NCBI GenBank assembly: GCA_963823335.1
Contig: CAWGLD010000004.1
Span: 68,382 to 132,381 of the forward strand
Length of the DNA: 64,000 bases
Source: an uncultured delta proteobacterium
GTDB lineage: Bacteria > Desulfobacterota > Desulfobacteria > Desulfobacterales > B30-G6
Direction: 5' to 3'
Shown: piece after piece, positions 54,833 through 63,283 of the stretch
Layout: every line of letters starts with the position of its first letter
Position numbering within the stretch: the stretch's first letter is position 1
The notes under the pieces: generated by a model
Told to the model about the DNA's origin: nothing
Database searches by the model: none
What the model saw: only the letters and a program-made list of their open reading frames with translations
Position numbers and translations under genes: made by a program

Positions 54833-57601
54833 ATGAACCTAATTCAAAATTCAACATTAAACATTAAAAATTGCCCCTCTCCACTGGCCAATGCATCTGG
54901 CGCTGTTCTGCTGACAGTGGTGATTATTATCATTATCGTCGGCATGGCGGGTGTTGCCATGTATTCCTTGACCAGCACATCCACTTTTACCCAGTTGTAC
55001 GCCCAGAATGCAACCAGAGCCTATTATCTGGCTGAATCCGGTTTCAGGGTGGTTGCCAGCGAATACAATAATGCCGATGATGACGAGAAATTGGATGTTC
55101 TGGGAAATCTGCATGGGACAACCCTCAGCCTGCCGGGCAATACCGGGCAATTCGATATGAGGCTTTACCCGTACTGGTTTTATGTCAGCAGCGCCTACAC
55201 AGCCAACAGCACCAGCATCAATGTTAAAATACCGGGTGGCACACCTTTGAGAAACCCGGCCGATACCGGCTCCCCCAGGGTATCGCTTCCCAACAGCGGT
55301 TACCTGAAACTGCAGAGCAAAAGCCAGTTGGCTGCCATATCCTCGGTGTCTCCCGGTTCTCCTGCAGATGGCGCTACGATTACCTTCGGTATCAATCCAG
55401 GATTCCCCTATGACATTCAGACCGATGAGGAGCTTTTTCTGGTCTATACGGACAATAACACCACCAGCCAACCAGCGGTTCCCCAAGATGGCAGCATCGA
55501 TTTCCCAGGCACCAATCCGGTTGCCCAGTTACTGCCGGCCCAGAACGGTTCCTTCAGGGTATACAACGAAGACAACGATAAAATGGACTATACCTATTTG
55601 GAAAAATTTCCACCGGCTGTCGATCCCGGGAACCCCCCAACCACCATTACACTGAGCGGCATCCAGCACCAGAACGACGGCGACCCATCCGTGTTCCCGT
55701 TTACCATCGACAACACCTCCGAAATATACTTTGGCCGGAACCTGGCTGTCTTTTCCACCTCCACCTTCGGAACCGGTACCATGGCTGCCAGAAAGACCGT
55801 GGGCAATTATACCGATGTGGGGCTGGATGGCGGTTTTTTCAAGGATAAAGACACCATTTCTTTTGAGAAGGAGATTGGCGATTTCACGCCTACCATGAGC
55901 GATCCGGGACCGGGATATCCTGACCCCATTGAAATCGACACCACCAATAAAACCATTAAACTGGGCGGCAATCTCATCGATGAATACGGTTCTGTCTGGT
56001 ACAAGGGCTATACGGACATCGCCGACTGTATTCAGGGCAACTGCCTTTTGGGCCGGGGTTTTCGGGCTTATTTCGAGTTTACATTTGACAACACGGACAA
56101 TTCCATCGCCAGCACGGATTTCGGCGACGGGTTCACCTTTTCTCTTGTCAGCGGTGCCAATTACACCAATGGTGATACCGGTTTAGGTGGCGAGTACATG
56201 GGATATGCCGGCCCAGGTCTTTCCAGCAACGGACTGCAGCCGCCCAAACTGGCAGTCGAGATCGATACCTACCCGAATACAGGTGCCGGCAGTGTGTGCA
56301 ACGACAGTACTGATAGTCGGCGCGACGATGAGCCTGTGGCCAACCACACCGCCCTGGTTTACTGGGGTGAAGAAAGCGTCGGTTCTATTGATGCTCAGGG
56401 CGGATACATTCGTATCGGATCCGCATCACCTTCCGTTGGGGAGCCCGAGGACTGGAGCTCCTCCCAAGGAACCATCAGCTTCTGGTTCAAACGCGATACC
56501 ATTTTCTACGGTGACGGAAATACGAGCGGTGACAGGCTGTGGGGACAGGACGCCAACATGGAAACCCGTTTTTCCGGCACAACAGGCTCAAATTTTTTTC
56601 TCGACTGGGGTACTGGTGGTGAAGGTTCAATCAATGCAATCAACCCGTTTACCGGGGCTGGCACATGGTACTTTATTGCCATCACATGGGATGATGCAAC
56701 GGATCAATTGAAAGTTTATTCCGGCAATCAAACCACCGTCTCACTTCTTGCGGAAAATCTGGCCTGGACAGGAGATATGAACGCCCTTGGAATAATTACT
56801 GAAAATCTTTTCCTGAACTCCAGCGGTGGCAACAGTTCGAAAAATTTTGCTGCCGATGGTAACGGCTCAGACCTGCGTTACTACAATGTCGCCAGGAGTC
56901 TGTCCGATATAGAAAGCGATTACAAGGTGCGGCGGACCGGCAGTGAAGCCGGCCTGCAGGCCTATTTCCCCTTGCAGGCGGATCTGTTGGATGCCGGCCC
57001 CACCGGCATAGCAGACTCCTCGACCATAGGGAACACGGACTGGTCCACAGACACCATCGCCGCTTTCGATTGTGGAACGGTATTAGCAGTGAAAAGAGCA
57101 ACGTATGACGACAACCGCCATGGCGCCGGCGGCAGCCCCACCACCACCACTCCTCAGAACTCCCTGAACAGCAATAGCGGCAACGGCTATGACGGGTACC
57201 ACCAGGTCACGGGTTCCAGTCCCAACTGGCTTGAAGATGGATCGCCGCACAGACTCCGCATGGAACTGATACGACCTCTCATTCTGGCGGCCGACGGCGA
57301 CATCGACGCGTTCTATGATTACCAGGTAAAAATCTGGATCGACTGCGCCACCTGTTCGGCAGCTGAGCTAGCCCAGTTCAAGGACGTACGGGCGGATTTT
57401 TCGGCCAGTCTTCCACAGATCGAAAAAACCATTAATAGAGGAAACTCCCTGAAAATCGACCCTGCTGATCATCTCGACTTGTTACGTGTCCTGTTCGGAT
57501 TTACCCAGGGTACCGGCGGTGCGACACAGAACATTACCCTTCGCAACCTCGAACTTTATTTTCTGAAGGAATACCCGGTGTCCTACCCGGCTGCATGGTA
57601 A
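54833..57601 (+). CDS. large pilus-associated protein: PilX-like N-terminal anchor, legume-lectin-like domain and LamG-like domain (MshQ/PilY1 functional analogue)
   Basis: N-terminal hydrophobic helix AVLLTVVIIIIIVGMAGVAMY; LAVEIDT (56249-56269) fits the legume lectin beta-chain signature [LIV]-[STAG]-V-[DEQV]-[FLI]-D-[ST]; ..GTISFWFKRD...WYFIAITWDDATDQLKVYSGN.. resembles Laminin_G_3. Confidence 0.65.
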   Translation: MNLIQNSTLNIKNCPSPLANASGAVLLTVVIIIIIVGMAGVAMYSLTSTSTFTQLYAQNATRAYYLAESGFRVVASEYNNADDDEKLDVLGNLHGTTLSLPGNTGQFDMRLYPYWFYVSSAYTANSTSINVKIPGGTPLRNPADTGSPRVSLPNSGYLKLQSKSQLAAISSVSPGSPADGATITFGINPGFPYDIQTDEELFLVYTDNNTTSQPAVPQDGSIDFPGTNPVAQLLPAQNGSFRVYNEDNDKMDYTYLEKFPPAVDPGNPPTTITLSGIQHQNDGDPSVFPFTIDNTSEIYFGRNLAVFSTSTFGTGTMAARKTVGNYTDVGLDGGFFKDKDTISFEKEIGDFTPTMSDPGPGYPDPIEIDTTNKTIKLGGNLIDEYGSVWYKGYTDIADCIQGNCLLGRGFRAYFEFTFDNTDNSIASTDFGDGFTFSLVSGANYTNGDTGLGGEYMGYAGPGLSSNGLQPPKLAVEIDTYPNTGAGSVCNDSTDSRRDDEPVANHTALVYWGEESVGSIDAQGGYIRIGSASPSVGEPEDWSSSQGTISFWFKRDTIFYGDGNTSGDRLWGQDANMETRFSGTTGSNFFLDWGTGGEGSINAINPFTGAGTWYFIAITWDDATDQLKVYSGNQTTVSLLAENLAWTGDMNALGIITENLFLNSSGGNSSKNFAADGNGSDLRYYNVARSLSDIESDYKVRRTGSEAGLQAYFPLQADLLDAGPTGIADSSTIGNTDWSTDTIAAFDCGTVLAVKRATYDDNRHGAGGSPTTTTPQNSLNSNSGNGYDGYHQVTGSSPNWLEDGSPHRLRMELIRPLILAADGDIDAFYDYQVKIWIDCATCSAAELAQFKDVRADFSASLPQIEKTINRGNSLKIDPADHLDLLRVLFGFTQGTGGATQNITLRNLELYFLKEYPVSYPAAW

Positions 57602-57641
57602 TCGAATCGCAAGGCGATTCGATCTGTCGCGGCTTCGCCGC
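57599..57641 (-). repeat. variant boundary hairpin motif, copy l
   Basis: TAA stop then ATCGAATCGC-aag-GCGATTCGAT CTGTC GCGGC-ttc-GCCGC: the same two-hairpin layout, with the first stem sequence diverged. Confidence 0.5.
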
Positions 57642-57803
57642 TCTTACTGGGTGTAGTCCCATTTTATTGTTGGCATCTATTATTGCCGCATTCATGACCA
57701 GGCCGGCTCCTCATTTTTTCCTTTCTTGATTTTTCCACAGAATCAGCTTAAAAGACCGGCAGTGATTTGATCGCGTGACGAATGCAGGTTGTCCTGGTTT
57801 ATT

Positions 57804-57974
57804 AAAGAGATGAACATCGAGCATCGAACGTCCAACATCGAATTTTGAATGGGAAAAGATGAAGAAATGGGCCAATGATCTTTAATAAAGTCCGCTTGAC
57901 TATTCGTCGGTATTGTTTTTTTCTTTTCATTCGATGTTGGACGTTGAATGTTCGATGTTGGACGTTCATCTTTT
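57804..57974 (+). mobile_element. miniature IVS-like element, family A, copy R7
   Basis: Arms 57804-57852 and 57922-57974; interior GAATGGGAAAAGATGAAGAAATGGGCCAATGATC... Confidence 0.8.
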
Positions 57975-58070
57975 AAATCTTTACTTTGGCATAAATGCAG
58001 TTTGTACTTGATATGCCAATAGATACGATCGATTTTTTGTAAAACGTCATTGTTTTATCGCTTGGGAACC

Positions 58071-58300
58071 AATGAACGTCGAACATCGAACGCTCAACAT
58101 CGAATTTTGAATGGGTATAAATGAAGAAACAGGTGTATGTTGAATGGGAAAAGATGAAGAAATGGGCCAATGATCTTTAATAAAGTCCGCTTGACTATTC
58201 GTCGGTATTGTTTTTTTCTTTTCATTCGATGTTCATCTTTTAAACCTTTTTTGATTCATCATTGGACGTTCGATGTTCGATGTTCGATGTTCATCTTTTA
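58071..58300 (+). mobile_element. IVS-like element, family A, copy R8, containing a nested partial copy of R7
   Basis: Outer arms 58071-58113 and 58259-58300; 58141-58243 repeats the R7 interior plus a truncated arm. Confidence 0.7.
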
Positions 58301-58396
58301 AATATTTACTACGGCATAAATACTGTTTGTACTTGATATGCCAATAGATACGATGGATTTCTTGTAAAATGTTAATTGTTTTAAAGCCGGGGAACC

Positions 58397-58631
58397 AATG
58401 AACATCCAACATCGAACGTCCAACATCGAATTTTGAATTTAAAAGATGAAGAAACAAGTATATGATTTCCTGTCATTCCCGTGTGTTTGCTCCTTAGCAG
58501 GAATGGGACGAGAGTCCAGTGGACACTATATATGCACGGCTTACCCGAATTTTTTAAGAAGTTGCTAACTTCAGCATTAAATATTTCTTTTCATTCGACG
58601 TTGGATGTTCGATGTTGGACGTTCATCTTTT
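58397..58631 (+). mobile_element. IVS-like element, family A, copy R9 (longer interior)
   Basis: Arms 58397-58440 and 58586-58631; the interior begins AAAAGATGAAGAAACAAGTATATGATTTCC (the ORF 5' homology). Confidence 0.75.
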
Positions 58632-58660
58632 AAAAAGTTCTGTAAAGGAATTTAATTAAA

Positions 58661-60838
58661 TTGAACATAAATACCATTCTGAAAAAATACAAAACTTCTG
58701 AAAGAAAAACACTCTCAGAACACGAATCCAAACAGATACTGCAGGCCTATGGTATCCCTGTTGTCCGGGAGACCGTCGCTACAACAAAAGAAAACGCAGT
58801 GGCGGCAGCCCTGGAAATCGGCTTCCCCATCGTTTTGAAGGGACTGGGTGCCCGGTTGACCCACAAGACCGAGCGCGGTCTGGTGCATACGCACCTGAAA
58901 ACCAAAACCGAGGTTCGATCAGCCGCCGAGAACATACAGCAAAAGGCCGGGAGTGATCTGGAAGGCTTTCTTGTCCAGCCCCAGATCCAGGGGAAAAGGG
59001 AGTGGATCGCGGGTCTTTCCCATGACGATCAGTTCGGACCGGTCATCATGTTCGGTGCCGGCGGCATTTTAACCGAAGCCATCTCGGATGTGACCTTCCG
59101 CCTTGCGCCTTTGTCACCTGAGGACGCCCAGGCGATGATCCATGAAATCAAATCATCTGCCTTACTCGACAATTTCCGGGGCGAGGCAAAAATTGACAAA
59201 ATACAGCTCGTTAAAGTTCTCACAGGTTTGAGTAAACTTGTCCAAGATCATCCTGAAATTGTCGAGGTGGATATCAACCCCCTCATCGCGACTCCCAGCG
59301 GGGATTTAATGGCCGTCGATGCGCTGGTGGTTGTGGGTACCAAACACCAAACAGCCGCCTCACCTCCCAGCACCTTCCAACCGGAGTCTCTGATGCCCTT
59401 CTTTTATCCCAAATCCATTGCCTTTATCGGTGCCTCTGCCACCATGGGCAAGTGGGGCCACATGCTGGTGGCAAACACCAAAAGCGGCGGCTATGCGGGA
59501 AAGATATACCTTGTCAATCCAAAAGGGGGGAAAATTGTGGGCCAAGAGGCCTATCGATCCCTTTCCGATATTCACGACCCGGTCGACCTTGCCATCGTCA
59601 CCATACCGGCCGAACATGTGATAAGCCTGATTCCGCAGCTACAGGCAAAAGGCATCCATCACATGCTTCTGATAACCTCAGGATTCTCCGAAACCGACAA
59701 CGCCGGAAAAAAACGCGAAAAAGAACTGGTCGCATCGGCGCGGCAGGCCGGAATCCAGATACTGGGTCCCAACACCATGGGTATCTGCAATCCCCACGTG
59801 GCTCTCAACTGCACCAGCCTGCCCGTACAACCGAGACCGGGATCCACCGCTCTTGTATCCCAATCCGGGAACATGGGCACCCAGTTCCTGGCCTTTGCAG
59901 AACATCAGGGCATCGGTATCCGTGGTTTTTGTGGGTCCGGCAATGAAGCCATGACCACCATCGAAGACTTTCTGGAAGTTTTTGAAGCGGATGAGCTCAC
60001 AAAAACCGTCATGCTCTATATCGAAAGTGTCAAAAATGGCCGTCGCTTTTACGAGACCGCCAGGCGTCTGGGGAAAATAAAACCGATTATTCTGATGAAA
60101 GGCGGACAAACTCAAGCCGGCATCAAGGCGGCAGCCAGCCATACCGGAGCGTTGAGTACCGATGCCAGAATTTTCAATTCGGTTTGCAGGCAGGCAGGCA
60201 TTGTCAAGGTGGAACAGTCCATGGATCTGCTCGATCTGGCTGCGGCCTTCTCTTCCCTGCCGCTGCCCAAAGGCAATCGTGCCGGTATCATGACCCTTGG
60301 GGGCGGCTGGGGTGTGGTCACCGCCGATCTGTGTAACGAATACCATATAGACGTTCCAGACCTGTCCCCCGGTCTGATCGAGCAGATCGACAAGTGGCTG
60401 CCCCCTTTCTGGAGCCGATCAAACCCCATCGATCTCGTTGGAGAACACAACGACACCCTGCCGCTGACAATTATCGAAGAACTCTTAAAATGGGACGGCT
60501 GTGATGCCGTTATCAATCTCGGTATCATGGGTCGCAAACATCTGGCCGGACTCTATGTCGATGCTGTCAAGCGTTCTGACCCCATGTACGAGCCCTCATT
60601 TTTAGACAGCATTAAAGAAACACTAGCGGCATTTGAAAAAAGATATGTCGAAGAAATCGCCAGACTCATGGAGATCTACCAGAAACCCGTTATCGGCGTC
60701 TCCCTCTTGACAGATGCCCTGGATCGTACCACGTATTTGGTTGAAAACTGCCCATACAAAGGTGTTTTCTACACAACCCCGGAGCGCGCCGTTAAAACGC
60801 TGGCTAAAATGGTGCAATACAGTAAGTATAAAACGTAG
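58661..60838 (+). CDS. ADP-forming (NDP-forming) acyl/acetyl-CoA synthetase, fused ATP-grasp + CoA-binding + ligase-CoA domains
   Basis: N-terminal ATP-grasp (..LSEHESKQILQAYGIPV..), then CoA-binding ..PKSIAFIGAS....GG.. and SCS-alpha-like domains with a phosphohistidine-type loop (AASHTGAL); TTG start. Confidence 0.8.
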   Translation: MNINTILKKYKTSERKTLSEHESKQILQAYGIPVVRETVATTKENAVAAALEIGFPIVLKGLGARLTHKTERGLVHTHLKTKTEVRSAAENIQQKAGSDLEGFLVQPQIQGKREWIAGLSHDDQFGPVIMFGAGGILTEAISDVTFRLAPLSPEDAQAMIHEIKSSALLDNFRGEAKIDKIQLVKVLTGLSKLVQDHPEIVEVDINPLIATPSGDLMAVDALVVVGTKHQTAASPPSTFQPESLMPFFYPKSIAFIGASATMGKWGHMLVANTKSGGYAGKIYLVNPKGGKIVGQEAYRSLSDIHDPVDLAIVTIPAEHVISLIPQLQAKGIHHMLLITSGFSETDNAGKKREKELVASARQAGIQILGPNTMGICNPHVALNCTSLPVQPRPGSTALVSQSGNMGTQFLAFAEHQGIGIRGFCGSGNEAMTTIEDFLEVFEADELTKTVMLYIESVKNGRRFYETARRLGKIKPIILMKGGQTQAGIKAAASHTGALSTDARIFNSVCRQAGIVKVEQSMDLLDLAAAFSSLPLPKGNRAGIMTLGGGWGVVTADLCNEYHIDVPDLSPGLIEQIDKWLPPFWSRSNPIDLVGEHNDTLPLTIIEELLKWDGCDAVINLGIMGRKHLAGLYVDAVKRSDPMYEPSFLDSIKETLAAFEKRYVEEIARLMEIYQKPVIGVSLLTDALDRTTYLVENCPYKGVFYTTPERAVKTLAKMVQYSKYKT

Positions 60839-60878
60839 GGTCCGAGGGTTCAAGGGTGATACAAGGGTTCGAGGGTAG
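60838..60878. repeat. octamer-unit arm (family B type), possible left arm of a composite hairpin
   Basis: GGGTCCGAGGGTTCAAGGGTGATACAAGGGTTCGAGGGTAG; overlaps the TAG stop of the synthetase; candidate partner at 61645-61682. Confidence 0.5.
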
Positions 60879-61045
60879 CTGACGGCTATCGGCGGAGAGC
60901 AGCATCCCAGCCTCCGGGCGTTCCAGCATGCAAAGATGCAAGGACAAGCTATAAACCAGCGGCTATAGACTGTTAGCCGCCTACAGCCTAACAGTCTATC
61001 AGTCTAACAGCCTCCCGTTAGGCAAAGCCTGTGGGATTAAATAGA

Positions 61046-61086
61046 GCGGCAAGACCGCGCTTCATAAAATTGCGGAGTGATTTTAT
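61046..61086 (+). repeat. bipartite boundary hairpin motif, copy j (degenerate GC hairpin)
   Basis: GCGGC-aaga-CCGC GCTTC ATAAAAT-tgcggagtg-ATTTTAT; the loop is nearly identical to copy i (TTGCGGAG). Confidence 0.6.
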
Positions 61087-61090
61087 TATT

Positions 61091-61258
61091 ATGTACAATA
61101 AATATCTCAAAACATTCGACTTCGAAGTCGGTCATCTCATTAAAAGTCCCTGCAAGAACTGCAGGCATTATTATATCTTCCCTCGATGCATCGCTGAATG
61201 CACACTTCTGGATAAAATACAGGATGTGTTGTCGACGGTGGTATCCAGTACACGATAA
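61091..61258 (+). CDS. small Cys-rich hypothetical protein (55 aa)
   Basis: MYNKYLKTFDFEVGHLIKSPCKNCRHYYIFPRCIAECTLLDKIQ..: CxxC plus two further Cys; preceded by motif copy j; coding status uncertain. Confidence 0.35.
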   Translation: MYNKYLKTFDFEVGHLIKSPCKNCRHYYIFPRCIAECTLLDKIQDVLSTVVSSTR

Positions 61259-61266
61259 ACAGGTTT

Positions 61267-61408
61267 AAAAATGATGAACGTCGAACATCGAACGCTCAAC
61301 ATCGAATTTTGAATGGAGAGATGAAAAAACAGATGCGGGACTCGGGTTTAACTATTTCTTTTTATTCGACGTTGGACGTTGGATGTTCGATGTTGGACGT
61401 TCATCTTT
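61267..61408 (+). mobile_element. miniature IVS-like element, family A, copy R10
   Basis: Arms 61267-61316 and 61361-61408; interior AGAGATGAAAAAACAGATGCGGGACTCGGG. Confidence 0.8.
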
Positions 61409-61487
61409 AAGATCTTTTTAAACCCAAATCGGATACCTGCAAGAAAGCTTTATTCAATTGGCATAAATGATACTCCGATAGAAGTTT

Positions 61488-61599
61488 AAAAATGATGAAC
61501 GTCGAACATCGAACGCTCAACATCGAATTTTGAATGGAAAGATGAAAAAACAGATGCGGGACTCGGGTTTAACTATTTCTTTTTATTCGACGTTCATCT
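61488..61599 (+). mobile_element. miniature IVS-like element, family A, copy R11 (right arm truncated)
   Basis: The left arm and interior are nearly identical to R10; the right arm is reduced to TTTTTATTCGACGTTCATCT. Confidence 0.75.
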
Positions 61600-61644
61600 C
61601 AAGAAAACTTACTACAGCAAAAATCCTGGCTACTGCTCAGAGCT

Positions 61645-61682
61645 TACCCTCCGAACCTCCAACCCTACAAACCCCCGACCCT
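61645..61682. repeat. octamer-unit arm, candidate partner of 60838-60878
   Basis: TACCCTCCGAACCTCCAACCCTACAAACCCCCGACCCT; its reverse complement resembles the 60838 arm; abuts the minus-strand stop at 61681. Confidence 0.4.
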
Positions 61683-63063
61683 ATCTCTTCCCCAATTTCG
61701 CCACCGTTTCAATATGATATGTATGCGGAAACATATCCACCGGTTGTACTTCCAGCAAGTCATAGGATTCCCCTAAAAGGCCGACATCCCTTGCCAGCGA
61801 GGCCGGATTGCAGGAAACATAGACAATCCTGGCCGGTGCCAGCCTGAGAACCTGTTGGATTACGTCCTTGTGCATACCGGCCCTGGGGGGGTCGATCACC
61901 ACTACCTGTGGTTTTTCAGCGAGCTGGGGAAGTTTATCCTTGATGTCTCCCTGGACAAACCGACAATTGGATACATGGTTGATCCGACAATTTCTTTCGG
62001 CATCCCTCACTGCAGATTCGACCTGTTCAATACCGACAATCTGTTTTGCCGAATCCGCCAGATAAATGGCAATCGTGCCGGTGCCACTGTATAAATCAAG
62101 AACCGTTTCATGCCCCTGCAGTTCCGCATACTGCCTGGTCTTTTCATAGAGAGTTTGTGCACCCACGCTGTTTGTTTGAAAGAAGGAGTTCGCAGAGATA
62201 ATATATTCGAAAGACCCGATCCTTTCTTTGAAAAAAGGATCACCAGCCAGCAGGACTTCCGACTCTCCGATGGCCACGCTCGATTTCCGGCCGGTAATAT
62301 TATTGATAACCGAGACGACATCGGAATATCGTTCCATCAGTTGGTGTGCCAGGGGTTTCAATACCCTGGTATTCTCGTAACTGGTGACGATGTTGACCAT
62401 CCAGTGGCCATAGAAGGCTGAATTTCTGAGCATGACAAAACGCCAGAACCCCTCATGGCTTCTCAGTCCGTATGGCGGCAGTTCAGAACGCCTGATGGCC
62501 TGTCTGATAAATGCCAGAATATCGTTCCCCAGGTTTGGATGCAGCAGACAGACTTCTGTATCGATCACTTTGTTAAACGTCCCCGGAACATGGAGCCCCA
62601 GAGCAAAGGTTCGATCCAGATCATCTCTATCCATCTCGTTCGGCAGTACCCATCGCCTGTCCGAACACGAAAATTCCATTTTATTTCTGTACCCCAGCAC
62701 TTGCTTAGATGGGATTGTCTTATGGACCAAAACCGTCTCGATCCGGCCTATGTGCGCCAGCGCTTCTGCCACATGCTGCCGTTTGTAGACAAGTTGTTTT
62801 TCATAATCCAGGAATTGCCATTTGCAGCCACCGCAGTGACCACTGTAAGGACAGGCAGGATCGACTCTGTCCGGAGAAGGTGTCAACAGATCGATGATCC
62901 TTGCTTCAGCATAATTCTTCTTTTTACGGGTAATCTGGGCCAGAACCACATCACCGGGCACTGCCTTTTCCACAAACACGGCAAACCCATCCGGTTTTGC
63001 GAGTCCCCTTCCACCAAACGCGATGTGGGATATTTCCAGGGTAATTTGCTGGCCTTTTTTCAT
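61681..63063 (-). CDS. rlmD: 23S rRNA (uracil-C5)-methyltransferase, RlmD/RumA family (TRAM + Fe-S cluster + SAM MTase)
   Basis: N-terminal TRAM (..LEISHIAFGGRGLAK..), Cys cluster CPYSGHCGGCKWQ, SAM motif VLDLYSGTGTIAI, catalytic ..VVIDPPRAG.. and ..IVYVSCNP..; start set at ATG 63063. Confidence 0.8.
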   Translation of the reverse strand: MKKGQQITLEISHIAFGGRGLAKPDGFAVFVEKAVPGDVVLAQITRKKKNYAEARIIDLLTPSPDRVDPACPYSGHCGGCKWQFLDYEKQLVYKRQHVAEALAHIGRIETVLVHKTIPSKQVLGYRNKMEFSCSDRRWVLPNEMDRDDLDRTFALGLHVPGTFNKVIDTEVCLLHPNLGNDILAFIRQAIRRSELPPYGLRSHEGFWRFVMLRNSAFYGHWMVNIVTSYENTRVLKPLAHQLMERYSDVVSVINNITGRKSSVAIGESEVLLAGDPFFKERIGSFEYIISANSFFQTNSVGAQTLYEKTRQYAELQGHETVLDLYSGTGTIAIYLADSAKQIVGIEQVESAVRDAERNCRINHVSNCRFVQGDIKDKLPQLAEKPQVVVIDPPRAGMHKDVIQQVLRLAPARIVYVSCNPASLARDVGLLGESYDLLEVQPVDMFPHTYHIETVAKLGKR

Positions 63064-63242
63064 AATTTTTTTCCAAATTTTTTTTTGGCGCGGCTTCGCT
63101 GCTTTAAGCCTTGCGCTAAAGCAAAAATTTCGTAATACCCTGCTTGTCCTGACGGAGCGCAATAAAAGTCCCGTTCAAGATCAAAGATCCCGATTTATGG
63201 GGCATTGCAGGGCATTACGAAAAGTTAGTCTTCTCAATATAA

Positions 63243-63283
63243 GCGACAAGGTCGCGTCAGATAAAATTGTGACACAAATTTAT
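63243..63283 (+). repeat. bipartite boundary hairpin motif, copy k
   Basis: GCGAC-aag-GTCGC GTCAG ATAAAATTG-tgaca-CAAATTTAT; the stop of the 63280-63843 gene is inside the AT hairpin. Confidence 0.7.

Noticed and set aside
57804-58631. Regularly spaced repeats that might be read as a CRISPR array
   Set aside because: The repeats are about 45-nt inverted arm pairs, not short direct repeats. The 'spacers' (57975-58070 and 58301-58396) are homologous to each other. No cas genes are present.
62455-63135. 226-aa plus-strand ORF; similar antisense ORFs at 36085-36633, 59678-60346, 50933-51523, 54857-55486 and 27135-27659
   Set aside because: Each is antisense to a gene with strong family motifs (rlmD-like, uvrB, acyl-CoA synthetase, sigma-54 activator, lectin/LamG protein, purC). 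They are shadow ORFs.
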